64,000 bases of DNA. Source: a virus. Position numbers and translations under genes: made by a program. Positions 8,969 through 19,145 of the stretch are shown here, piece by piece. The DNA lies in IMG/VR virus record IMGVR_UViG_3300047476_001657, positions 29,304-93,303 of that record; one strand, 5' to 3'. The notes under the pieces were generated by a model that did not search any database, was not told where the DNA came from, and was given only the letters and a program-made list of their open reading frames with translations. How positions within the stretch are numbered: position 1 is the first letter of the stretch; every line of letters begins with the position of its first letter.

Positions 8969-11386
8969 ATGTCATTAAGAATTCAAAAAAGAAATGGTGA
9001 GGTTGTGTCATTCAACCCCACCAAAATACAAACAAGGATTAAGAGAGCAAGTAAAAACTTAAATGTTAACGCAGACCAAATATTCATTAAGGTAATTACA
9101 TCAGTTCCTACTGAGGGTATAATTTCCACAAAACAACTTGATAAGTTGATTTATGAAATTGCTGCATCATATACAGGTAGCCACCACGATTATTCGAGGT
9201 TGGCTTCCTCTGTTGCTATATCTTCATACCATAAAGAAACTGACCCAAGTTTCTCAAATGTTATGCACACACTACACGTGGATGGTGTTGTAAATGACGA
9301 AATGATGAGAATTATTGAAAGTTATGGAGTTTCTAATATTGATAGTGTTATTAATCACGAGAATGATTACAACTTTGATTACTTTGCTTGGAGGTCTTTA
9401 TATGAGATGTACTTATTGAAAACCCCTCATGGTAAAACAATTGAAAGACCTCAACACATGTATATGAGGGTTGCACTATGGGTTACAAAATCATTTGAAG
9501 AAGCGGTAGAATATTACAAGTCACTGTCAACTCAACTTATCTCTCCTGCAACACCAATTATGATTAACTCTGGTACAAAGATACCACAGTTAGCCTCTTG
9601 TGTACTACATTACAATAACTCAGATTCAAGAGAAGGATTACTTAATACAATGACCGATATTTCAACTTATTCAGCTGATGCGGCAGGTATTGGACTTTGT
9701 ATGTCAAACATTAGAAGTAAAGAGAGTAGATTATCAACATCAGGTGGATTCGCTGGTGGGTTATTAAAATACCTTAAGATTGTAAATGAATCCCTAAGAT
9801 TCTTTAACCAACAAGGTAGAAGACCAGGTTCTGCAGCAATTTATCTTGAACCTTGGCACAAAGATATTATTGATTTGTTGGAGATTAAAAAGAATACTGG
9901 TGCAGAAGAATTAAGAGCAAGAGATTTATTTACAGCTCTATGGATTCCAGACAACTTTATGAAAGCTGTAAGAGAAAATGGTGATTGGTATTTATTCTGT
10001 CCTAATGACATCAAAAAAGCTGGATTACCTGCTTTACAAGAAGTCTATGGTGATGAATATGAATCAGTTTACAATAACGCTGTAAGTATGGGATTGGGTA
10101 AGAAAATTAAAGCACAAGATGTTTGGACAAAAGTTATTGAATCTCAAATTGAAACTGGTGTTCCTTACCTATGTTCAAAAGACAATGCAAACAAAAAGAC
10201 TAACCATCAAAATATTGGAGTTATTAAACAATCAAATCTTTGTAATGAGATTTATCAATATACTGATGAAACAACAACTGCCATTTGTACCCTATCTTCT
10301 ATGGTATTAAAGAACTTTGTACACGATGGTCAATTTGATTTTGAAGAACTTTACAACGAAACCTGTAAAGTAGTAAGAGCATTGAACAAAGTTGTTGACA
10401 TCAACAATTATTCAACAAGTAAGGGTGAAAAAGGTGGTAAAGAACAAAGAGCAATCGCTATTGGTACACAAGGCTTGGCCGATGTATTCTATCTGATGGA
10501 TTATGAGTTCACATCTGATGAAGCTAAAAAGTTAAACAAAGAAATATTTGAAACAATTTATTATGCAGCAATTAGTGAAAGTAATAAATTAGCTCACGAT
10601 GGAGAATATCCAAAATATGATTTTTTTGAAGGTTCACCAATGTCAAAAGGTATATTCCAATTTGATATGTGGGGACTAAACGAATCTGACTTATCAGGAA
10701 GATGGGATTGGAATGATTTGAAAGAAAATGTGAAGAAATATGGTGTTTGTAATTCATTATTTACGGCACAAATGCCAGTTGCAAGTTCTGCTAAGATTAC
10801 TGGTTCATACGAAATGACAGAACCAGCACACTCAGCAATCTTCAATAGAAGAGTAGTTGGTGGTGAGATTATGATTGTAAACAAATATCTAATAGCTGAC
10901 TTTGAGAAACTTGGTATTTGGGGAGAAGATTTGAAAAACGAGATTATATTAAATGAGGGTTCAATCCAAAACATTAACTTCAACAATTATCTAGACACAG
11001 AAGATAAAAAATACAATCAAAAGGTTAAACGTATTGAACATTTGATGAAGAAGTATAAAACGATTTGGGAAATCTCACAAAGAGAATTGATTGATATGGC
11101 GGCAGATAGAGGACCATTTATTGACCAATCACAATCAATGAATATCTATATGAGTAACCCAACCTTGTCAAAGATAACTTCATCACATTTCCATGCTTGG
11201 CAAAAAGGTTTAAAAACTCTTTGTTATTATGTAAGAACTAAGGCAATTTCAACTGGTGCAAAACACTTAGCGGTTGATATATCAAAAATAGACAAACCAA
11301 AAGTAACACCAACATTACCACATGTTGATATAATAACAGACAAACCAAGTGATTCACCTTTTGAATGTTTTGGTTGTTCAGCTTAA
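8969..11386 (+). CDS. nrdA: Ribonucleotide reductase class Ia alpha subunit with ATP cone
   Basis: N-terminal ATP cone (IQKRNG), QLASC, SNLCNEI, AICTL, DQSQSMN, YYVRT, C-terminal CFGC. Confidence 0.97.
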   Translation: MSLRIQKRNGEVVSFNPTKIQTRIKRASKNLNVNADQIFIKVITSVPTEGIISTKQLDKLIYEIAASYTGSHHDYSRLASSVAISSYHKETDPSFSNVMHTLHVDGVVNDEMMRIIESYGVSNIDSVINHENDYNFDYFAWRSLYEMYLLKTPHGKTIERPQHMYMRVALWVTKSFEEAVEYYKSLSTQLISPATPIMINSGTKIPQLASCVLHYNNSDSREGLLNTMTDISTYSADAAGIGLCMSNIRSKESRLSTSGGFAGGLLKYLKIVNESLRFFNQQGRRPGSAAIYLEPWHKDIIDLLEIKKNTGAEELRARDLFTALWIPDNFMKAVRENGDWYLFCPNDIKKAGLPALQEVYGDEYESVYNNAVSMGLGKKIKAQDVWTKVIESQIETGVPYLCSKDNANKKTNHQNIGVIKQSNLCNEIYQYTDETTTAICTLSSMVLKNFVHDGQFDFEELYNETCKVVRALNKVVDINNYSTSKGEKGGKEQRAIAIGTQGLADVFYLMDYEFTSDEAKKLNKEIFETIYYAAISESNKLAHDGEYPKYDFFEGSPMSKGIFQFDMWGLNESDLSGRWDWNDLKENVKKYGVCNSLFTAQMPVASSAKITGSYEMTEPAHSAIFNRRVVGGEIMIVNKYLIADFEKLGIWGEDLKNEIILNEGSIQNINFNNYLDTEDKKYNQKVKRIEHLMKKYKTIWEISQRELIDMAADRGPFIDQSQSMNIYMSNPTLSKITSSHFHAWQKGLKTLCYYVRTKAISTGAKHLAVDISKIDKPKVTPTLPHVDIITDKPSDSPFECFGCSA

Positions 11387-11393
11387 AAAATAG

Positions 11394-11421
11394 AAATCAC
11401 GACTCAATGTCGTGATTTTTT
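11394..11421 (+). terminator. Rho-independent terminator
   Basis: AAATCACGAC-tcaat-GTCGTGATTT followed by a T run, after nrdA. Confidence 0.85.
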
Positions 11422-11429
11422 GTTTTATG

Positions 11430-11463
11430 GTATTTATAGAAAACAAATACAATTTATATTTAT
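11430..11463 (+). promoter_or_regulatory. Two tandem late motifs (GTATTTATA, ATATTTAT)
   Basis: At the start of the baseplate operon; the second copy ends 4 nt before ATG 11468. Confidence 0.6.
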
Positions 11464-11467
11464 TGTT

Positions 11468-11926
11468 ATGGCTGAAGGTAAATCATATGGTATAAATTTT
11501 CCATTTAGGGACTCATATCAGGGTAATTATTTGTCTTTATCACAAACTAGTGATGAGGAAATTAGAAGTAACTTAGTTCATTTGTTATTAACAAGGAAAG
11601 GTACTAGATATTATTTACCAGACTTTGGTACTAGACTTTATGAGTATTTGTTTGAACCATTAGATGGTCCTACTTTTTCAGATTTGGAAGCTGAAATAAG
11701 AGATTCTGTTGGTGAATATTTACCAGGATTAACAATAACTAATATAACTATAACTGCGGCCTCTGATGGTGAGGAAAATAAAGGTACGTTTGTTAATGAT
11801 AGTAATGAAAGAGAATTTACTGTTACTAATATAGGGCAATTGGAACATACCGCAAAAATAAAAATTGACTACACGATTACTGATAGTGCTTTCAGTAGTA
11901 GTGATTTTGTAATTATCAACATATAA
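11468..11926 (+). CDS. Baseplate wedge / sheath initiator (T4 gp25-like)
   Basis: YGINFPF, IRSNLVHLLLTRKGTRYYLPDFGTRL. Start moved to ATG 11468 because the upstream TTG lies in the terminator/promoter region. Confidence 0.9.
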   Translation: MAEGKSYGINFPFRDSYQGNYLSLSQTSDEEIRSNLVHLLLTRKGTRYYLPDFGTRLYEYLFEPLDGPTFSDLEAEIRDSVGEYLPGLTITNITITAASDGEENKGTFVNDSNEREFTVTNIGQLEHTAKIKIDYTITDSAFSSSDFVIINI

Positions 11927-11930
11927 TTGT

Positions 11931-13769
11931 ATGGCAAACAAAAAAATATCATATACCACTAGGGATTTTCAGTCAATTAGAACTGAATTAATTAACTTTA
12001 CAAGAACATATTACCCTGAATTAGTTGACAATTTCAATGACGCATCGGTATTCTCGGCACTATTGGATTTAAATGCTGCAGTTTCAGATAACCTTCAATT
12101 TAATATTGATAGAAGTATTCAAGAAACTGTACTTCAGTATGCTCAACAAAGGTCTTCAATTTTTAACATTGCAAGAACTTATGGTTTAAAAGTACCTGGT
12201 CAAAGACCTTCTGTTGCTTTAGTTGATTTTAGTATTGTAGTCCCAGCTTTTGGAGATAAAGAAGATTTAAGATATTGTGGAATATTAAGAAGAGGTGCGC
12301 AAGTAAATGGTGCTGGACAAGTTTTTGAAACAGTTTATGATATTGATTTTGCCTCAGCGGTTGGTGGTGATGGTACACCAAATAGGTTAAAAATACCAAA
12401 TTTTGATAGTAACAACAAACTATTAAATTATACAATTACTAAAAGAGAAACTGTAGTAAATGGTACTACAAAGGTATTCAAAAGAGTTATTACACCAAAT
12501 GACGTAAGACCATTTTTTGAACTGTTTTTACCTGAAAGAAATGTATTAGGTATAACAAGTGTATTATTAAAAGATGGAACACAGTATGCTAGTGTTCCTT
12601 CACCTCAAGAATTTCAAGGTTTAGATAATAGATGGTACGAAGTTAAAGCATTAATTGAAGATAGAGTTTTTGTTGAAGACCCTACAAAAGTTTCAGATAA
12701 TCCAGGTATCAAAGTTGGAGCATATATACAAACTAGTAGTAAATTTATTACGGAATATACACCTGAAGGATTCTTAAAAATGACTTTTGGGGGTGGTAGT
12801 CAATCAGCTGACGAACAATTAGCTGAATTTGCAAGAAATGGATTTACATTAAACTTATACAAATACTCAGATAACTTAGCTTTAGGAAGTACACTGAAAG
12901 CTAACACAACATTGTTTGTACAATACAGAGTTGGTGGTGGTACTGGAAGTAATTTGGGTGTTAATGTTATCAATAATATAGGTACAGTAACATTTGCAGT
13001 TAATGGTCCTTCATCAAGTGTTAATACAAGTGTGGTTAATTCATTGTCATGTACAAATGTAACTGCGGCAATTGGTGGTGCGGGTTTCCCAACGACTGAA
13101 GAAGTAAGAAACTTAGTTGCATACAACTTTGCAGCACAAAATAGAGCGGTAACTATCAATGACTATGAATCAATTATTAGAACAATGCCATCACAATTTG
13201 GTGCTCCAGCAAAAGTATCGGTGACTGAAGAAAATAACAAACTTAAAGTTAAAATGTTATCTTATGATGATAGTGGTAGATTAACTGAAATTGTTTCCAA
13301 TACCCTTAAAAGTAATGTTGCTAACTATCTTTCAAACTATAGAATGATTAATGATTATATATCTGTAGAAGTTGCAAATGTAATTGATTTAGGTTTCAAT
13401 ATTGACGTAGTTTTGGATAATAGTCAAAATCAAGGTGCTTTTGTTACTCAAATAATTGATATCGTTTCTCAATATATGGATCCTGGAAGTAGACAAATGG
13501 GTCAAAATGTTAATGTCTCTGAAATAAGAAGACTTATTCAATCTCAAAACGGTGTTTTATCTGTATCGGATATTCAAGTTTTCAATAAAGTGGGAGGACA
13601 ATATTCTTCATCTCAAACATCACAAAGATATTCAGATTCTACTACAAGACAAATTGAGTTAATTGATGACACTATATTTGCAGAACCAAGTCAGACATAT
13701 CAAGTAAGATTTCCAAACAAGGATATTATTGTTAGGGTTAAAAATCTTAAAACAGTTAATTTCTCCTGA
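11931..13769 (+). CDS. Baseplate wedge protein (T4 gp6-like)
   Basis: RDFQSIRTELINF, DFNDAS-like segment, YRVGGG, AQNRAVTINDYE motifs; follows gp25. Confidence 0.88.
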   Translation: MANKKISYTTRDFQSIRTELINFTRTYYPELVDNFNDASVFSALLDLNAAVSDNLQFNIDRSIQETVLQYAQQRSSIFNIARTYGLKVPGQRPSVALVDFSIVVPAFGDKEDLRYCGILRRGAQVNGAGQVFETVYDIDFASAVGGDGTPNRLKIPNFDSNNKLLNYTITKRETVVNGTTKVFKRVITPNDVRPFFELFLPERNVLGITSVLLKDGTQYASVPSPQEFQGLDNRWYEVKALIEDRVFVEDPTKVSDNPGIKVGAYIQTSSKFITEYTPEGFLKMTFGGGSQSADEQLAEFARNGFTLNLYKYSDNLALGSTLKANTTLFVQYRVGGGTGSNLGVNVINNIGTVTFAVNGPSSSVNTSVVNSLSCTNVTAAIGGAGFPTTEEVRNLVAYNFAAQNRAVTINDYESIIRTMPSQFGAPAKVSVTEENNKLKVKMLSYDDSGRLTEIVSNTLKSNVANYLSNYRMINDYISVEVANVIDLGFNIDVVLDNSQNQGAFVTQIIDIVSQYMDPGSRQMGQNVNVSEIRRLIQSQNGVLSVSDIQVFNKVGGQYSSSQTSQRYSDSTTRQIELIDDTIFAEPSQTYQVRFPNKDIIVRVKNLKTVNFS

Positions 13770-13821
13770 TAATTTATTTATTTAGGTTATAAGTTATCTT
13801 TTATTGAAAATAGCAAATAAA

Positions 13822-13829
13822 CTATTTAT
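13822..13829 (+). promoter_or_regulatory. Putative late motif CTATTTAT
   Basis: 15 nt before ATG 13845. Confidence 0.55.
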
Positions 13830-13844
13830 CTAAAAAGGTAATTA

Positions 13845-16800
13845 ATGTCTAACTCATATAGAATAAGAACCCAAGTTGGGGTTGACAAAGCGATTAATGT
13901 ACATCTAGACCAAGATTTTGAATCGTTAGAAATACTTTCTTTAAAGATTTTACAAAGTGAAATTTATACCAGACAATGTGCTGATTATGGAGTTGTTATT
14001 GGTAGAATTAGTATTAATAATGGTTTTGGTCTGCCAAATTGTAAGGTATCAATTTTCGTACCTTTAGCAACTGAAGATGAAAATAATCCAATAGTTTCTG
14101 CAATATATCCATATAAATCTGTTGCGGATATAAATGATGTTGGTTATAGATATAATCTTCTACCATATGTTCCATCTTATTCAGCTCATATACCTACCGG
14201 TTCTTTTTTTGATAAAGAAGACATTTTAATTAATCAAAGTTATATTGAGGTTTTTGACAAATATTATAAGTACACTGCGGTAACAAACGAAAGTGGTGAC
14301 TTTATGATTTTTGGAGTACCAATCGGTGTACAAACAATACACGTTGATGTTGACCTTTCAGACATTGGTGAATTTTCATTAGCACCACAAGATTTAATAA
14401 GAACCGGATTAGCTACAGAAGCTCAAGTTTCTGGAACAAGATTCAAGTCTTCAAGTAATTTAAATGAACTTCCACAAATTGTTTCAATTAATAGAGTAAT
14501 AACTGTTGAACCTTTATGGGGTCAACCTGATTTATGTAATATTGGTATTAATAGAACTGACTTTGATTTGTCGGCAGAAGCAAATGTTGTTATTGAACCT
14601 ACTGCAATTTTTATGGGGTCAATGTTTTCTGATGTTGATAATTTAGCTTTAAAAAGAAATTGTAAACCCAAAGTAGCACAAGGGGAATTGTGTAGTTTAA
14701 CAACAAGTCCTGGTGAAATCTTAGCTATAAGACAAACAATTTTAAATGATGACATTGGATTACCAATATTGGAACAATACGAACTTGAAAGTGGTGGACA
14801 AGTAATTGATGAGAATGGAACTTGGTTATTAGATTTACCAATGAATTTGGATTTTGTTACAACTAATGAGTTTGGTGAAAGAGTTTTTTCTAATGACCCT
14901 GAAATTGGAATTCCAACGAGAGCGAAATATCGTTTTAAAATTAAATGGAATCAATCTCCAAGTTTAGACGAAAATGTAAAAAGGGGGTATTTTTTAGTTC
15001 CTAATGTTAGAGAATATGGGTGGACTAGTTCAGCAAGTAATCCTAATCCGATAGAACAAAAAAAATCTTATGCGTTTAGTTTGGATTGGAATGATTATGT
15101 TGACCCTCAAGTTGCAATAAATTGTGAAGATACATTTTACCAATTTTCATATAATAAAGTATATACAGTATCACAGTTAATTGACCAATATAGAAATGGA
15201 GTAATTGCAAATAAAATTGTTTCTATTAAAAACATATTAGACAACACATGTGAAAGTGTTAATAACAAATTCCCAACTAATGATTCTTCATTTAGATGGG
15301 ATTTCATTTTCCTTTTATATACTTTCGCATCTTATGTTTTCAGACCAATTTTAGTTGCATTAGTACCTGTAATTCATATGTTATTCTTCCTAATAATTTT
15401 ATTGAGGGTTGCATTAATCCCTCTGTTAATAACATATTTATCTGGTTTGTTATTCGTTGCATTACCCATTAAAATAGCTGGAGCTGCTGCAGGTGTTGTT
15501 AGTGCTGGTATGGTTTTTGGTTTTATTGCAGAAGGTGTGTCATTAATAATAGCAATTGTCGCACTAGGTCTATTACTAAGAGAATTATTTAAGATGAAAT
15601 TAAAAGGTATTAATTTACCTTTACTATTATATGATCAATGTGAATTTTGTTCATGTAAAGATGCTGATGGTTTAACTGAAGATGGTGTTAATTTACAAAC
15701 ATCATCATCATCATTAACACCACCTCCACCACCACTACCAAATGCGTCGGGAATACAAATAACTAATTTTGAGGGAGGTTCATATAATTCATCGTTAATT
15801 GAAAACGAACCTAATTATTCGTACTATAATTTATTGTTAAGTGGATACTTTGTAAAATATCCACCTAGAAATCCAACAGCTACAAGTAAAACACCATACC
15901 CTATAACTAGGGCTATTTACACATATCCTGATGGTTCAATAAAAGATGCCGCTTATAGAACAAGAAGTATTACACCTGCTGAAAGAATTAATTTATTTAA
16001 TGTTAAAGCGAAATATTTTGATGAGTCTATCGATAATCCAAATGGTGGTATAAATCAAGTTTATGTATCTATTGAACCAACATTAAATGGAGGAGGATAT
16101 ACGTATAACGGAAACCCATCCCAACCTTATACAAATGCTAGTCAAAAATATCATACTGATAATGTCATTGTGTTATTGATGACTCCTGATAGTTTGTCAG
16201 CTTTACCAATAGGAAGTTTACTTACATTTGTAAGTCCGAATACAACTTCAGATATAAATTATTCTGGGGCAACTTTAAATGATTATGGTAATAATGCAAT
16301 ATCAGGTGGTAGTTATTTGAATCTAACCTACCCTAACGCGACAAGTGTACCAATTTCTATGACTTACACTTTACCTAATGGGAGTCAACGAACTACAACT
16401 TATCAAATACCGATGCCTGATGGAAGTATTACTGGGAATACAAATTGTCATAAGTTTCCTACTGATATTGAGTATTTCCAAGTTATTACTGCAATGACTT
16501 ATACTAATTTTGAAACGAATGCTAATTTAGCACAATTCAATGCGGTAATTAACGGAAGTCAAGTTTTACCACAAAGTTTTAGAACTAGATTTTTGAACAA
16601 CGATACATTTATTAACATTGAAATAAAGGACAATCCCGACCAAGTAATATCAATACCTTCTATACAATCTCTTGATGATTATGATAAACAAGTTATTGTA
16701 ATATTACAAAGAGGTGTTGATCCTTATACAACAAGAGTTAAAACAAGATTTGATTTAGGAAGAATATTTGGAGTTAATGACCCTACATTGGTTTCTGTTG

Positions 16801-19145
16801 AGGGTAATTACCATTTAAACATCCCAATTCAAGGTGGATTTCTTAATGTAAAACATGATGGTTTATCTTCTTTAGATGCTAATGGAATTGATTCTTATAG
16901 TGGTAGTAAACTCTATTATCAAAACTACGATTATGTACCAGCACCAAATCCATCAATTCAAAGTTTTAGTGCTTTTACAAGTGCTTTGCCTCGTTATTAC
17001 TCATCATTAGATAACACAAATGTTCAAACAATAACTTGGATAAATTGTCCTACAACACAATCTCCACAACCAATTGATGGATATCCTGGAGCACTTATCG
17101 GAAATAAAGGTGCTGCAATTACAAGTCAACCTGAAAATAACCAATTTATTATTGAATACAACATTCCCATTTCTGGTGTGTACTTAACAGATATTACTAA
17201 CTTAAATTCAAGTAACCAAAATAGAGGGTATTATGGGAATGAAATAGTTGAAGGTGGTGGTTATATGAGGAATTTCTCTACATGGTGGACTTTCGGTACT
17301 AACTATCGTTATAACATATCATTAGTAGATTTAAACAGTCAGACTGGACAACCATTTGGTTATGAGAGTGGTGTTTATGTAGCTCCAATTTATTCATTCT
17401 TTAATCTCAATTTCACGAATACTCAATTAAGTAATAGAGAACTAGTAATGAGATCTGATAGACTTCCTACCTCAGATAGATTATTAAATAATTGTGAAAA
17501 CTCATTTGTTCTCCAACAGAATCAAAACCTAGGAATGTATTTAATCCCTGATGAAGGTGCTTTCGATGTTGCCTTTAATACTGGAGGAGCAACTTTTGGT
17601 AGCCAACCATATGAAGAGGATACTGAATTACAAAATTTTACAGCTGAATTATTAAGAAGTACAAATAGTTGTGTTGACAGTAGAAATCTAAGTTGTTATG
17701 AATTCCAAGCGAATAGAACATTACGAGATGGTACAAATCCAGGTGGTGGTGATTATATAATTAATTCAGGTAATTGTCAAAGATATTTAGGAAAACAAAT
17801 TTTTGAAAATGGTTGTTATAAATTAGTTACAACTGTTTTTGGGTCTTTAGTTTATGATATTGGTTTAGTTACTGAATGGTTATCTAGATTAAATATTACT
17901 TTTGGTGCTTGTAGAAACGTTTTTTCACATTTATTTACACATAATTGGATAAATGGTAGTTTGTACGCTTTCGCATTCAAAAATAATAAATTTGTTGACA
18001 ACAATGGTAATCCTCAACCTAGTTTTTGTACTGATTTAGTTTATTACGATTCAGATACTAATAATTTCTATTATAGAAGTAGTCCGTATCGTTCAACCAA
18101 TAACCCTGGTTTTATAGGTAAAAGAGCACCACAACCATCTCCTAATCGTAAAAACTTGTTATTCCCAACAACAATTATAGATTTGGGACCTAGAACTGAC
18201 TTTTTACAAGAAATCATTTTTTCTGATGAATATGATGGATATATTATGAATAGATTGAGTAGTACATCATATCAAGATGTTTCTGAACTATTAAATTTAC
18301 TCATAATTACCAGATTAGCGAATACGAGTTTTATAGCAATACTTCTTGGTGTTAACGGTGGTAGTATATTTCAATATTTCACAAGAGTACCCTTAATAAG
18401 TCCTAATCAAAGATTAAAGGTAGATGCCGATTACGCTCAAATGATTTCTATTAATTCAGAATTGGGTATAGTTCCATTTGAATCCTCAGCTTATCCTAAT
18501 TTACCAGCACCACCAGCACCTCAAGTAGTAATAGACCCAGTTTATTTCAACACTGGTCAATATTCTGACACTGTATTTGGTATTTTTTATTCTTCTGATA
18601 CTCAAATTAGGGATTTCATAACGCCAAAAAGAACAATTATAAATAATCAAGCCTTGTTAACTGATAGTTGTGCATTTAATAATTTTTATACCTATTCACA
18701 AGAAGTTCCATTTTATCAGTGGAAAATTGAAGATAATAGAAATACACCACCACCTGCGAATAGTATTTTTGGTTCTCAAAGAAATGATTGGTATTCAGAT
18801 TCAGTTCTTCCAAACAATCGTTTCCATAGTCATAAATATCAATCTATGGATAGAGCTAATCCAACATCAAGATACTTTAGAACAAATACAAGTCAATTTG
18901 CTGGAGATTTGAAGGGTTATATATATTCAATTGATACTAGGGATGTTCCTCCTTTTGGTTCATCACCATTTTGGAATACCCCATCACTTAATCCATTGAA
19001 TAACTCTTGGGCTCGTAACACACCGAATGATAATTTAATCACTGTTGGTGCACCATTTTATTTTTATTTCGGACTAAGGAAGGGTGCTAGTGCATGGGAT
19101 AGATTTGCCAAAAAATGGATAAACACTGAACCAATAACACAATAA
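13845..19145 (+). CDS. Very large putative virion/baseplate protein with an internal hydrophobic (TM-like) block
   Basis: 1766 aa in the structural operon. N-terminal beta-sandwich-like region (TNESGDFMIFGVPIG); ~95-aa hydrophobic stretch at ~15297-15590. Confidence 0.65.
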   Translation: MSNSYRIRTQVGVDKAINVHLDQDFESLEILSLKILQSEIYTRQCADYGVVIGRISINNGFGLPNCKVSIFVPLATEDENNPIVSAIYPYKSVADINDVGYRYNLLPYVPSYSAHIPTGSFFDKEDILINQSYIEVFDKYYKYTAVTNESGDFMIFGVPIGVQTIHVDVDLSDIGEFSLAPQDLIRTGLATEAQVSGTRFKSSSNLNELPQIVSINRVITVEPLWGQPDLCNIGINRTDFDLSAEANVVIEPTAIFMGSMFSDVDNLALKRNCKPKVAQGELCSLTTSPGEILAIRQTILNDDIGLPILEQYELESGGQVIDENGTWLLDLPMNLDFVTTNEFGERVFSNDPEIGIPTRAKYRFKIKWNQSPSLDENVKRGYFLVPNVREYGWTSSASNPNPIEQKKSYAFSLDWNDYVDPQVAINCEDTFYQFSYNKVYTVSQLIDQYRNGVIANKIVSIKNILDNTCESVNNKFPTNDSSFRWDFIFLLYTFASYVFRPILVALVPVIHMLFFLIILLRVALIPLLITYLSGLLFVALPIKIAGAAAGVVSAGMVFGFIAEGVSLIIAIVALGLLLRELFKMKLKGINLPLLLYDQCEFCSCKDADGLTEDGVNLQTSSSSLTPPPPPLPNASGIQITNFEGGSYNSSLIENEPNYSYYNLLLSGYFVKYPPRNPTATSKTPYPITRAIYTYPDGSIKDAAYRTRSITPAERINLFNVKAKYFDESIDNPNGGINQVYVSIEPTLNGGGYTYNGNPSQPYTNASQKYHTDNVIVLLMTPDSLSALPIGSLLTFVSPNTTSDINYSGATLNDYGNNAISGGSYLNLTYPNATSVPISMTYTLPNGSQRTTTYQIPMPDGSITGNTNCHKFPTDIEYFQVITAMTYTNFETNANLAQFNAVINGSQVLPQSFRTRFLNNDTFINIEIKDNPDQVISIPSIQSLDDYDKQVIVILQRGVDPYTTRVKTRFDLGRIFGVNDPTLVSVEGNYHLNIPIQGGFLNVKHDGLSSLDANGIDSYSGSKLYYQNYDYVPAPNPSIQSFSAFTSALPRYYSSLDNTNVQTITWINCPTTQSPQPIDGYPGALIGNKGAAITSQPENNQFIIEYNIPISGVYLTDITNLNSSNQNRGYYGNEIVEGGGYMRNFSTWWTFGTNYRYNISLVDLNSQTGQPFGYESGVYVAPIYSFFNLNFTNTQLSNRELVMRSDRLPTSDRLLNNCENSFVLQQNQNLGMYLIPDEGAFDVAFNTGGATFGSQPYEEDTELQNFTAELLRSTNSCVDSRNLSCYEFQANRTLRDGTNPGGGDYIINSGNCQRYLGKQIFENGCYKLVTTVFGSLVYDIGLVTEWLSRLNITFGACRNVFSHLFTHNWINGSLYAFAFKNNKFVDNNGNPQPSFCTDLVYYDSDTNNFYYRSSPYRSTNNPGFIGKRAPQPSPNRKNLLFPTTIIDLGPRTDFLQEIIFSDEYDGYIMNRLSSTSYQDVSELLNLLIITRLANTSFIAILLGVNGGSIFQYFTRVPLISPNQRLKVDADYAQMISINSELGIVPFESSAYPNLPAPPAPQVVIDPVYFNTGQYSDTVFGIFYSSDTQIRDFITPKRTIINNQALLTDSCAFNNFYTYSQEVPFYQWKIEDNRNTPPPANSIFGSQRNDWYSDSVLPNNRFHSHKYQSMDRANPTSRYFRTNTSQFAGDLKGYIYSIDTRDVPPFGSSPFWNTPSLNPLNNSWARNTPNDNLITVGAPFYFYFGLRKGASAWDRFAKKWINTEPITQ

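Noticed and set aside
8006-11386. Introns or inteins in nrdA/nrdB (also checked by eye in recA, helicase and thyA)
   Set aside because: All are continuous and of normal length, with no intein-like insertions. The GIY-YIG gene lies after the thyA stop.
11468-13769. Bacterial T6SS or extracellular contractile injection system
   Set aside because: The genes are embedded among phage replication genes, with no host housekeeping genes or secretion-system membrane components.
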